Source: Raja brachyura (lineage: Eukaryota). From it: DNA of 64,000 nt. A program made the position numbers and the translations under genes. Shown here in pieces: positions 51,725 to 64,000 of the stretch. The stretch's first letter is position 1. Every line of letters starts with the position of its first letter. The stretch covers positions 24,738,001-24,802,000 of the forward strand of contig OY740797.1 of assembly GCA_963514005.1 (NCBI GenBank), read 5' to 3'. Under the pieces are notes generated by a model, which was not told where the DNA came from, ran no database searches, and worked only from the letters and a program-made list of their open reading frames with translations.

Positions 51725-54700
51725 ATGCAAGACACTAACAAGAAAAAGGGGGGTGATGGAATCACCTTCTGTAGTTGGAATGTAAAAGGTATTAATGAAC
51801 CAATCAAAAGAGGTAAGGTTTTGGCACAATTAAATAGAATACAAGCTGACATAATCTATCTTCAAGAGACTCATCTAAAAAAGGAGGCACAATATAGGTT
51901 AACGGCAAATTGGATTTCTAGAGTGTATCATTCATCATTCACTCATAAATCTCGAGGAGTTGCCATTCTTATTTGTAAAGGTATTCAATTTAAACATAGT
52001 TCAATAACAGAGGACCCAGAAGGTAGATATATAATAGTCACGGGTGAATTATACTCGAAGAAGGTTGTACTTATGAATATATATGGCCCAAATTTTGATA
52101 ATCCACTATTCTTTAAGAAAATATTTAATACTATCCCTACAGTAACACAGAATAATCTAATAATTGGGGGCGACTTAAATTGCACTTTGGATAATTATTT
52201 AGACAGATCTTCAATCAAAAGGAAGGTTATTTCTAGATCAAGCGAATTCATAAATTCTTTTATTAGATCAGCTAATGTCAAAGATATTTGGAGAAATGTA
52301 AATCCTAATGGCCGAGAATACTCATTTTACTCACCGGTATTTGGAACATACTCCAGGATAGATTATTTTCTAATAGATTCAAAACTTGTCCCATTTACGT
52401 ATGACTCAAAATACCATAATATTATTATTTCGGATCATGCTCCATTAACATTTAAGATTAACTTAAAGAGTATAACTAAAGAATATTCGCAATGGAGACT
52501 TAATCCTCATATATTAAACGATAAAAGGTGCTCAGATTATCTGGTTAAACAGATTGAATTATTTTTTGAAACCAATGACAAACCTGGAATTTCATCATCA
52601 CTCTTATGGGACACATTTAAAGCTTTTATACGGGGTGCTACAATCTCAGCGCAGGCATATCTGAATAAGGAAAATAGAAAGATTCAACAGAAATTGGAAA
52701 ATGAAATAAGGCAGTTGGACATGGAAAATGCTATGTCTCCATCTAGGGTTATACATAATAAAATTGTAACATTAAAATACAAATTAAATGAGATACATTC
52801 AAAGTACGTTATTAAACTTTTTCAAAAGACCAAACAAATACATTTTGAATTTGGGGATAAACCGCATAAATTGTTAGCTCGGCAACTAAGAAAAACAGAA
52901 GAAGAAAAAATGATATATAAGGTCAAATCTGAACAAGGAGATATATTAACTTTACCAAAAGATATTAATGATAGATTTCAACAATACTATCAAAAACTAT
53001 ATACATCAAAAGTGACGGATCAACCCGAGACAATAGAAACGTTTCTCCAGAAATGTAACATAAATGGATTAGATCAGGAAGGTAGAGAATTATTAGATGC
53101 CGAAATATCAGCAAAAGATATTGAGGAATCAATTAGATCATTGAAGAATGGTAAAGCTGCAGGACCCGATGGTTTGGGGGTTGAATTTTATAAGAAGTTT
53201 CATGATTTGATCGTCCCACGGTTACAAATTATGTACAAAGTTGCCTACGAACAAGAACAACTTCCAGAAACCTTAAAAGTATCCACAATTACACTTATTC
53301 CTAAAGCAGACAAAGATCCAGAAGACCCAGGATCATACAGAGCAATAGCTCTTTTAAATACAGATCAAAAAATATTAACAAAAGTTTTATCTCAACGGTT
53401 AAGTTTAGTGATCAGTAGATTAATACATCATGATCAAACAGGTTTTATTCCTAAACGTTATTCTACTTATAACTTAAGACGTCTGTTTAATATTATCTAC
53501 TCGAAAAGAATGACTGATGTTGAACTAGCAGTTATATTCCTGGATGCGGAGAAGGCGTTTGACCAGGTTGAATGGCCTTATTTATTTAGGATAATGCAGA
53601 AATTTCAACTGGGAGAAGGATTTTGTATATGGGTTAGAATTTTATATTCAGGCCCAACAGCAAGAATCCTAACAAACCAAATGTTATCAGCAAAATTCAA
53701 TCTTTCTAGGGGTTGTAGACAAGGTTGCCCGTTATCACCGTTACTATTTGCACTCGCTATAGAATTATTAGCCGAAAGGATTAGAGTAGAACCAGAAATT
53801 TATGGATATAATACCAAAACTGCAATTAATAAAATATCTTTATATACAGATGATGTTTTATTGTATATAACAAAACCAGAGGTTAGCATCCCTAAAGTAC
53901 TTGAAGTGATAAATGAATTTAGTGAGTTCTCAGGATATAGAATTAACTGGAACAAAAGTGAAATTATGCCTATAACAGGAATTAAATTGAATAATTTACA
54001 AACATTTCCATTTAAAATAGCTAAGAATCAAATTAAATATCTTGGAATTAATGTATCAAAATTTTATAATTCTTTATTTAAATCTAATTTTCCTCAATTA
54101 TTAAATAAATTAAAAACAAATATTTTATATTGGAAAACACTACCGATATCAATGATCGGTAGAATAAATGCCATTAAAATCATTTTTCTGCCTCAATTAC
54201 TATATTTATTTCAAGCCATTCTGTTATATCTTCCTAAAAATTTTTTTTTTAATTGTTTCTATAGTTAATAGCTTCATTTGGGATTACAAAAATCATAGAA
54301 TAAGTAAAACACACTTATGTAAATCTAAGATAAATGGTGGATTACCTAATTTTTAATATTATTTTTGGGCGGTTCAGATTAAGAACTTTAATTATTGGTC
54401 GATACAGATGGAACATGACCCAGCTTGGTTAAGAATTGAAAAGGAAGATTGTTTCCCTTTCGACATAAGCACAATACTCCTTGCCCCTGGGGTGGTACAA
54501 AAAAAATTATATAAGGCAAACCCTATAATTTTAAATAATATACGTAACTGGAAACAAATCATTAAGACTTTACATTTAGAAACTATACCACTTTGTTTAC
54601 CAATTATGAATAATCCTATGTTCAAACCTTCGACATTGGATGTGGGGTTTAGACATTGGAAAAACTTAATAATAAGGATAGAACATCTTTACAGGAATGG

Positions 54701-55503
54701 GAAATTCCTCTCATTCCAGGAGTTGAAAGAGATTTATGGACTGCAAGCAAATAATCTATTTAGATATTTACAAATTAGAGATTATGTCAAATTAAATACG
54801 CTAAATTACAGAAATAGAGAGCCAGGTATACTGGATGAAGTACTTAACAAGCATCCAACAACAGAAAAATTAATAGCATATATATATAATATTTTTTTGG
54901 ACAGGGAAATGCCAAAAACGGAACTATTCCGACAAAAATGGGAAAATGAAATTGGTTTACCTATAACAGAATATTTATGGGAAGAAAGCTTACAACGAAT
55001 CCATCGTTGTTCATTAAGTGCCAGACATACTTTGATACAATTCAAAGTAATACATAGATTACACTACTCAAAAAAGAAATTAAATATAATTTGTCCTACT
55101 ATATCACCATTATGTGATAAATGTCAGCACATAGAAGCCGATTTAAATCATAGTTTTGTAATATGTACAAAACGTAAAAAATTATTGGACTGAGATTTTT
55201 TAAATTATTTCCACAGTTTTAAAGATCACATTAAGCCCCGACTCAAAGTTAATTATATTTGGGGTTTTAGATTCAAATCAAATTTTAACAGTAAATCAAA
55301 GAAATTTTCTGGATTACTGTTTAATAATTGGAAAAAAATTAATATTACAATTTTGGAAGGGACCATTATCCCCGACAATTAAAATGTGGACAGTGGAAAT
55401 GTTGGAGACATTACAATTGGAGAGAATTAGATTTATCCTAATGGATAAACCTGAGATTTTTGAACAAATATGGTCTCCATTCACTGATTATATGAAGGGA
55501 TAG
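51725..55503 (+). pseudogene. L1 ORF2 (APE-RT-CCHC): open for ~840 aa, then frameshifted
   Basis: SWNVKG, LQETHL, GGDLN, SDHAP, LDAEKAFD, RQGCPLSP, YTDD. Frameshift at the A/T run near 54236-54250 and further disruptions before the terminal TAG at 55501-55503. Confidence 0.9.
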
Positions 55504-56539
55504 CTGGGCTCAGCATCGAAACTCAATTAGTACCCGGTGGAAAGATCAAACAAAAATGTTTAAGATCAGATTTATATACTTGTCTCTATATATTATAATT
55601 AGAAATTGTTCCACTCATTGACAATTTGTATACCGTTTTCTTTTCCACAAGTATTTTTTTGTTTTTTTTGTTTTTTTGTTTATTTTATTTTATTTTTTAT
55701 TTTTTTCTTCTCTCTCTTCTTTATATTAATCAACTATTATCATACTCTTATAATTATTCACTATTCTTTCTTTATACTTTTTTCACTCTATAAAAAAAAG
55801 TGAGGCCAATATATATATTTTGTTAACATTTATATAATTTTGGAAAGATGTATCAACTATATTTGGAAAAAAATGCTATATTATTTGTTATATGTATGGC
55901 CTCTAATAAAAATATATTCAAAATAAATAAATAAATAAATCAAATGTGGTACCGGTTAAAGCAATTGACTATTTGGGATTCACAGTTAATTCAACCCACA
56001 TGTCTGTGACTCTGCGCAAGGGCAAAAGATTAGATTTAATTGAAGCCTGTATCAAGCTCTTGGGGGAGCAATCACCTTCAATTAGACATGTGGCAAGCTT
56101 GATTGGCAAATTGATAGCTGCCTTTCCAGCTGTGCAGCATAGACCTGTGCATTACCAAAATTTACAAGAGGGCAAAGGTACAGGCACTAAGGATATATGC
56201 AGGTCATTTCAACCGACCCATGCAATTATCATTTGAAGCCATCGCTGAAGTACAGTGGTGGATAAGAAACATTTCAAATTATTCTGGCAAAATTCTGATG
56301 GAAGCACCTTCAGTTGTTTTGCAGATTGATGTTAGTGCCCTAGGTTGGGGTGCTATTAGTACAATTTCTAGCTGTGGAGGCAGATGCAATATGTATGAAG
56401 CATTTATTCTCCAATCACATGGAATTAATTATTTAGAGTTTTAGGAGCATTTTACGGGCTCAAGGCTTATTGTATCACCAAGCAACACTTACATGTTCAG
56501 CTTCAGATTGACAACACCACGGCAGTGGCGCATGTTAAT

Positions 56540-56624
56540 GCCTACAGCCATACTAGCCTGAACACGCCCGATCCAGTCTGATCTCGGAAGCTAAACAGGC
56601 CTGGTTAGTACTTGGATGGGAGAC
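56540..56624 (+). pseudogene. 3'-truncated 5S rRNA copy
   Basis: gcctacagccatactagcctgaacacgcccgatccagtctgatctcggaagctaaacaggcctggttagtacttggatgggagac matches vertebrate 5S rRNA from +1 to about +91, with a small internal deletion. Confidence 0.92.
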
Positions 56625-57554
56625 ACATGGGTGGAATCAAGTCAAAACCTTGTGACAGATTGGCTAACCTTATTTGGCACTGGTGCATTAAAAAGAACAT
56701 TTGGGTTTCAGCTGTCTACTTGCCAGGTAGATTCAATATGGTGGTAGACACCAGGTCACGCAAATTCAATGACAACACAGAATGGATGTTGAATCATGAT
56801 GTATTTAATGAGATTGTTGTTCGGTATGGGTTGCCAGATATCGATTTGTTTGTATCCAGACTCAATCACCAGGTACCGAAGTACGTTCATGGGAACCAGA
56901 TCCAGGGGCAGTAGCGGTGGATGCATTCTCGCTACACTGGGCCGGAGTGTTTTAATATGCATTTCCCCATTCTGGCCTACACACGGACATTATTACACAG
57001 CCTATTATGGTGCTCCCAAAACGTCATGATCTATTGGTGCACCCTGTGACTGGAGATCAACACCCATTGTATGATCATGTTAAACTGTTAATTTGTAGAT
57101 TCTAAGTAGGCCATACCTGGGTCTGGGACTATCCAATTGTACCGTGGATGTCATTGCATCGTCCTGGAGGGATAGTATGGAAAAGCAGTACATTTCGCAT
57201 GTCATGAAATGTGAGGAATTTTGTTTACATGGGAACATTACATACCACACAGCTTCCATCCCAGATGTGCTCGAATTTCTGTCCAAGTTATATTTGATGA
57301 AGGTTTGAGCTATTGTGCCATCAATAGTGCCAGAAGTGCCCTGTCATCATACCTATGCTAGGGGTCAGAACTTCAGTCTGTAGGATCTCATCCATTAATA
57401 TCCAGATTTATGAAGGGTGTTTTTTAATTCCAATCCCCCCAGGCCTAGGTACTCGGAAATCTGGAATGTGAGCATGGCACTCACGCTGCTTCGTCAGTAG
57501 GGTCCAGCCACATCCTTGTCATTGCCAAAGATTACCCTAAAGTGGGTCATGCTC

Positions 57555-60500
57555 GACTTCCGGTGGCGCCATGAACTAACAAAGGTGCAGCATCGAGCTC
57601 TGCTCCTGCTAAATCTTGAAAAAAGCTGGTTTGGAGGACGGGACCGATCTAAAAATACTCACCGGAGCTGTTTGACGTCGCGTAAGTGACGTGATCAGAA
57701 ATTGCCGTGAAAAAACTGAGATTACCGGCAATTTTAATGGAAAAGAGGGAAACCTCGCCAGAAGCCTGCAAAAGCTGCTGCAAGACCTGTTACAAGACTC
57801 CACACAAAAAAACTTGGAAGGACTCCTCAAACCCCTGAAACATCAGCTGGAAGCTCAGAAGAAGGAGAAGAAGCTGACTCTCGAAGTCCTTCTACAGAAA
57901 TTACTTCAAAGGAGGAAAAAGTGGAACAAATGGAACAACAGGAAAAGTCTGTAACAGCTTCAGTAACAGCTTCAGTTACTGAAAACATTTCTAAAGTGAT
58001 ACGAGAGGGGAACATTGTGCTGGACAAAAGCATTTCTGAAAAAATTAAACATGGTAATGAGAAGTTGATGGGGAAAATTGATAACTTAACTAAACGTGTT
58101 GCAGAAATTGAGGAGGATTTAAACAAAAAATTAAGCGGGTTGAAAAAGACTGTAATAAGAAGTTGGATACAATGCTTAAGTCTACTGATTCGGCTATGGA
58201 AGGAATGGATAATACGATGACCAAGATGTCTAAGGAGATAAAGGGACTAAGAAAGGAACAAGAAAGTACTGGGGGGGACTTGCTAAAATGAAGAATAAAT
58301 GTCTGGACCTGGAAGTGACATCGAGGAGGTAGAATTTAAGAATAGTTGGAGTAAAAGAGGGAAAGGAGAGCGGACAAAACACTCAGGTGTTTGCTGCCAA
58401 CTTACTTAAACACGTACTCAAGCTGCCTGAAACCCCGAGAATAGATGTGGCTCACCAGGTTCGACGTAAGGCTCAAACAAGCCTAGCTGCCCCCCCCCCC
58501 CCCCCCATGACAGATTATTGTGAAATTTGATGACATCTCTACCCTGATTATGAAACTGATTCCATATGGATCGAATTTGATGTTTGGGGAGGATAAGCTA
58601 AGAATATTTTGTAATTATCCAGATGAAATCTTGGAAAAGAGGGACAGGTTCACAAAGACAAGAATGATATTGAAAGAAATCTCTGGAGTAAGATATGGAA
58701 TAATATATCCTGCAAAGATGAGGATTACTTATAACTCTGTTGAACGTGCCTTTACGGTTCCAGAAGAGGCATTTAAATATGCACAAAGTATCACAAAGGA
58801 GGCCGACTGATTATCAGGAGTCGGTCTCCCACAACAATACAGAGGAGAAGCGGAGAAGAAAGGACTTTGTTTTTTTAATATATAAAAAAGACTGCTCTGG
58901 TCAAGATGGCAGACTCTTCATGAGGCGCTGTCTAGACACCTTATCTTTGGAATGTTAACTCAAGGTCAAACTTTACGTTTCACTTCAACAAAGGACTGGA
59001 AAACAAGAAAAACTGGTGGAAAGAAAAACGGAATTTGGGAATACGGAAAAATAATATTAATGGACTTGTACACAGAAATTTATGATTTAAGAAATATACA
59101 ATTATATACTAACATAAAATATATAACTAATAGAATTGTGTAATATTAAAGCAAGGCGTAATAATGACTGATTTTTTAGTTCATGATGTTAATTATTTGC
59201 TAAGTATAAGAATAATGAGTTAATAAGATTGAAAAGTATTAACAGCATACTAACAAATCTTATGGATATAGTAGATCTCATTTAAACTGTGCGTAAAGGG
59301 GGGGGGGGAAGATTCAGATACTTGGAAGCTATCCAAGGGTCTGAATCTGGTTAACCCCTTGGAACCTGCTGCTGTCTAATACAAAAGAATGAGACTTAAT
59401 TGGGGAGTGAATGTAATAACTCTCGGCATATCGGCAGATATGGATATATAACTAACATAATTACTGTTATATTTAAGTATATACTTAATGTTGGAATTTA
59501 TTTTTTTTAAGATACATTCCAATAGTTAGATTTGAAATGCGTTTTATCTTATATATAGTTTTTAATTTTGAATCGGTCCCTCTTCCTTTCAATAATTGGT
59601 CAAGGGGGCAGAGTGAAATGCATAACAGCTACGGAAGTCAACAAGAATTTTCCTACCACCTATTGGTGGTTTAAAAAAAATTATAATATCTTTATTGTTA
59701 GATATTATAATATAACTTTTTGTTTTTTAATTATCTTTTCTCCACTTTACACCTTCTGGTCTTTTCTAACGTCTATTTTGAAGGGGAGATGCCAACAAAA
59801 CCTAAAGCTGGGGATGACCACCCATCACCTAGCATTCTGAGGTACCTGTTGCACCATATGAAGTAAAGGTATTAACATGATTCACAATGCAAGACGATAA
59901 ACAAAAGAAAACTGGAGGAATCATGTTTTGTAACTGGAATATAAGGGGCGCTAATGAACCAATTAAAAGGGGTAAGAACTTTGTCCAATTAAAAGCACTC
60001 AACAGTGACATACTTTTTTTTACAAGAAACACATCTGAAACAACAAACACAGATAAGATTGAAGGCAAATTGGATCGGGCAAACATACTACTCTTCGCTT
60101 ACTTCTAAATCTAGAGGCACGGCTATTATTATTCGTAAAGGTATACCATTCAAATTAAAGAATATCATAGTAGATAAAGGGGGGGGGGGGGGGGTACGTC
60201 ATAGTTCATTCAACTCCACTCACTTTGATAAATATTTATACACCCAACTTTGATAACCCCCAATACATGTAAAATTCTGGATACAATTTCAGAATTTAAC
60301 TATCAAAATGTGATAATAGGGGGAGATTTCAATTGCATTCTAGACCCATATATGGATATATCAGCAAAACAAAAAAGGATTAACATAAAATCTAAAACTA
60401 GTGAACTCCTAAATACATACATAAAAAACACAAACATAACGCATGTATGGAGAATCGCTAATCCAGTAGGTAGGGAATATTCATTTTATTCAATGGTACA

Positions 60501-63500
60501 TAAAACATATTCACGTATTGATTATTTCTTAGTGGACACAAAATTAATTCCATACACATACAACTCTAAATATCATAATAGTATTATTTCTGATCACTCC
60601 CCGTTAACTTTCTTTTTAAAATTAGAAGAAATGTCTGATAAAAAATCGTTCTGGAGGTTTAACCCCCAAATCTTAAACAACTCACAAGGTTGTACATATT
60701 TAAAAGAGCAGATGATATTCTTCTTTGAGACAGATGATACATCAGATATTTCACCCTCTTTATTATGGGAAATGTTTAAGGCATTTATTAGAGGAAGTAT
60801 AATTTCATATCAAGCTTTCCAAAATAAAAAGAATAACACTGAACAATTGCAGTTAGAACAAGAAATTAGACAATTAGATTTAGAAAATGCCAAAGAACCA
60901 ACCATAGATAAACATAATAAGATAACAATATTAAAATACAAATTAAATAAATTTTATTGGCAAGAATAATAAGATTATTTCAAATTACAAAACAGGAACA
61001 TTTCGAATTCGGTGATAAACCACATAAACTCTTGGCACGTCAACTGAAAAAACAGGAAACAGAAAATACAACTACTAAAATTAAATCAGATAAAGTAGAA
61101 TTATTAACACTACCTAAAGACATTAATAAAATATTTACTCAATTTTATCAAAAATTAAATATATCTAAAACCTCAGCAAATAATATTAAAATTGCAAACT
61201 TCTTAGACAATTGTAATCTTCCAAAACTCAATACGTTGGAACAAGAGGAATTAAGAGCTCAGATTACACTTAAGGAAATAGAAGAAACAATAAATTCGTT
61301 GAAGAATGGTAAAAAGCCAGGACCAGATGGCTTTAGTAATGAATTTTATAAAAGATTCTACGAAATAATTTCACCATGCTTACAAGATTTATATATACAT
61401 GCATTTAAAGAAAATATACTAACAGAAACTAATCAAGTCAACTATTACACTTATACCTAAAAAGGATAAAGATCTAGAAGACCCATGCACATATAAAGCC
61501 ATGGCACTCATAAATACAGGTAAAAAATATTAGCAAAGACCCAAGCGAGAAGATTGAGTAAATATGTTAGCAAACTAATAAATCCGGATCAAATGGGGTT
61601 TATTCCCAAGGGATACTCATTCAACAATTTGAGACGGCTGTTTAATATAATGTACTCACATAAAACTGAATAGGAAGATTTAACAATTATTTCACTGGAT
61701 GCAGAAAAAGCTTTTGATCAAGTAGTATGGCAATATCTATTTAAAGTATTGCAAAAATGTAATATGGGAGATAATTTTATCTCATGGGTAAAATTATTAT
61801 ATGATAAGCCGACGGCTAGGATACTGACTAATAACATATTATCCCCGAAATTTCAATTATCAAGGGGCAATAGACAGGGGTGTGCATTATCAACCCTGCT
61901 ATTTGCACTTGTAATAGAGCCTTTAACAGAAAGTATAAGAAGTCATCCGAATATTCATGAATATAATACCAAACACTCAAGTAATAAAATTTCATTATAT
62001 GCAGACGACATATTATTATACATTACAAATTCTCAAATTAGCATACCAAATATATTAAATTGAATAAAGGAATATGGTTCTTTTTCAGGATATAGAATAA
62101 ATTGGAATAAAAGCGAAATTATGACGATAAAACCTCAAGAGCCTACACATTTGCTGAAATTCCCTTTTAGAATTGCAACAGAAAAGTTAAAGTATTTGGG
62201 TAACCAAATTACTAGAAAATATAAATCATTATTTAATGCAAACTACATGCCTTTAGTAACTAAATTGAATGTGTTGATTAAATTCTGGAAAACACTGCCG
62301 ATATACTTAATAGGCAGAATAAATGCTATAAAAATGATCTTCTTACCACAAATACTGTACCTATTTCAATTATTACTAATATATTTACCAAAAAAAAAAA
62401 TTAAAAACTAGACTCTGATATTGCAAATTTCATTTGGGACTATAGATCACATGGAATTCAAAGAAAACATCTGTGTAAATCTAAAGAATTCGGGGGACCG
62501 ACACTCCCTAATTTGTTGTAATACTATTGGGCAGTGAATATTAAAAATATAATTTACTGGTTGGACAGTTCTGCCCAACAAGTAGACTGGATAAGAATGG
62601 AGAAAGAGGATTGTTCCCCCTATAATATAGGAGCGATTCTTCTTTCTCCGATGAAACTGAACAACATAATATATAAGAAGAATCCAATTATTCACAGCAT
62701 AATATGAATTTGGAAACAAATAAAATTAACTTTAAAATGAAGAAACTTATCCCTTCTTTCCCCAAAAGTTAATAATCCCTCATTCAAACCATCTATTGTT
62801 GATAAAACATTTATCCATTGGGAAAGAATAGGAATGAAAATGATTGGAGATATGTATGAAATCGGAAAACTGCTATCATTCCAACAACTACAACTAAAAT
62901 ATAATCTGAAAAGTAACCAATATTTCAAATACCTCCAAATTCGAGATTATTTGAAAAAACCATATACAAGGATATCAAACTCTAACCTCAGATTTATTAG
63001 ATGAAGGAATGAACAGAAAGGCAGAATCAAGCAATTTAATGTCATATTTATATAATATAATTTTAAATGTAGAAACACCAACGGCAGAGGCAATTAGAAG
63101 GGACTGGGAACAAGAGTTATTGATAAAAATCCCGAAAGATGGGAAAAAACCCTATTATATGTACGTAAATGTCCGATTAATGTAAGGCATAACTTAATTC
63201 AATTAAACATTTTACATAGATTATATTACTCGAAAACTAGATTGAATAAAATATTTCCAAACGTTTCCCCCATTTGTGACAAATTTCTAACTCAAAATGC
63301 CACTATAGCACATTCCTTTGTCTCCTGTACAAAACTTCATAAATTTTGTAATGAAATCTTTGGAACTTTTACAAAACTATTCAACACAAAACTGAACCCC
63401 AATACAGAATTGATTATCTTCGGATCAATGGAAGAGGGACGTAAGCTAACTACGTTCCAAGAAGCTTTCTTTAATTATGGTTTAATAACAGCAAAACAAC

Positions 63501-64000
63501 TTATACTTAAATTTTGGAAAAACGCATCCACGACAACGTTTAAAATGTGGATTTCAAATATGTCGGAAACGCAACATCTTGAAGAAATGAGATTCCTCCT
63601 ACTACGCAAAGTAGACCAATTCTTAACGATTTGGTCTCCTTTTATCGACTTCTCACAATAATATGGTGCAACATAACATAACCTTAAAAATTAAATGGTT
63701 CAGAACCGGGTGAAAGATATTAAATAGGTATATCTTTCCTAATTTATTTTCCTTTTTTTCCCTCTTTTTTTCAATCTCTTTAGCTTCTTATTTTTTCTTT
63801 CTGCCTCTCTCGCTATACGTTTCTACTCTCTTGTCTATCTATCACGACACTCTCTAATTTCTTCTTTCCATCGCTGCTCTTTAATTATTAAATCAAAAAT
63901 AAGACGTTGTGCAAGAATTGTAACGTGTCTGTATGCATCAGGTTTTTAGGTACCACATTACTGTAGTTACTTCTAACAAAACAAAAAATAATAAATAATA
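57555..64000 (+). mobile_element. Second full-length L1-type LINE (frameshifted ORF1 ~57738-58810, ORF2 ~59887-63661) inserted in the DIRS YR gene
   Basis: 5' GACTTCCGGTGGCGCCATG, YGIIYPAKMRI, QETHLK, YSRIDYF, YADD. The A-rich tail runs to the window end. Confidence 0.92.

Larger units (their letters stand above)
49811..55935 (+). mobile_element. Full-length L1-type LINE inserted in the DIRS RT
   Basis: 5' GGACTTCCAGTGG, ORF1, ORF2, (aaat)n tail. 15-bp TSD taaatcaaaCgtggt (49796-49810) / taaatcaaaTgtggt (55936-55950). Confidence 0.95.
47521..57554 (+). mobile_element. Degenerate DIRS-type tyrosine-recombinase retrotransposon, interrupted by four insertions
   Basis: RT: RIILDL, HFKMET, LDLKDAYYSVP, and GFLIHPAKSNVV|PVKAIDYLGF rejoined across the L1. 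RNase H: DNTTAVAHVN|HMGG, YLPGRFN. MTase-like DIDLFVSRLN. YR N-terminal region NSARSALS, HPLISRFMKG. The 5' boundary is uncertain. Confidence 0.85.

Overview
Repeat-rich vertebrate genomic DNA, most likely from a cartilaginous fish (skate/ray/shark; inferred from HER1/CR1-type LINEs, tRNA-type SINEs, fish-type L1, Rex1/Babar, Penelope and DIRS content). The main signal is largely invisible in the ORF track: a complete 7-exon, minus-strand immunoglobulin-superfamily gene (CDS 33288->19491, 1032 nt, 343 aa) assembled by hand with GT-AG introns and consistent phases. Its architecture is leader / germline-joined VJ-type V domain (NKp30-like, ends NGTRLIV) / C1-set domain / uncharged TM / three cytoplasmic exons with four Tyr motifs (TYADM, ITYGQV, LTYATL, TEYAGI). 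This is a non-rearranging, antigen-receptor-like V-C1 inhibitory receptor with a SIRPalpha-like tail. Cytoplasmic ITIM exon(s) of a probable paralogue lie on the + strand at 381-1031, converging on it, which suggests a gene cluster. The rest is transposable elements: three CR1 LINEs (one chimeric), four L1-type LINEs (one flanked by a 378-bp direct duplication), Rex1/Babar and Penelope remnants, SINEs, two TIR elements, and a DIRS element carrying four nested insertions, including a 3'-truncated 5S rRNA copy. There is one assembly gap (13921-14188). No database search was run; family names come from motif recognition.
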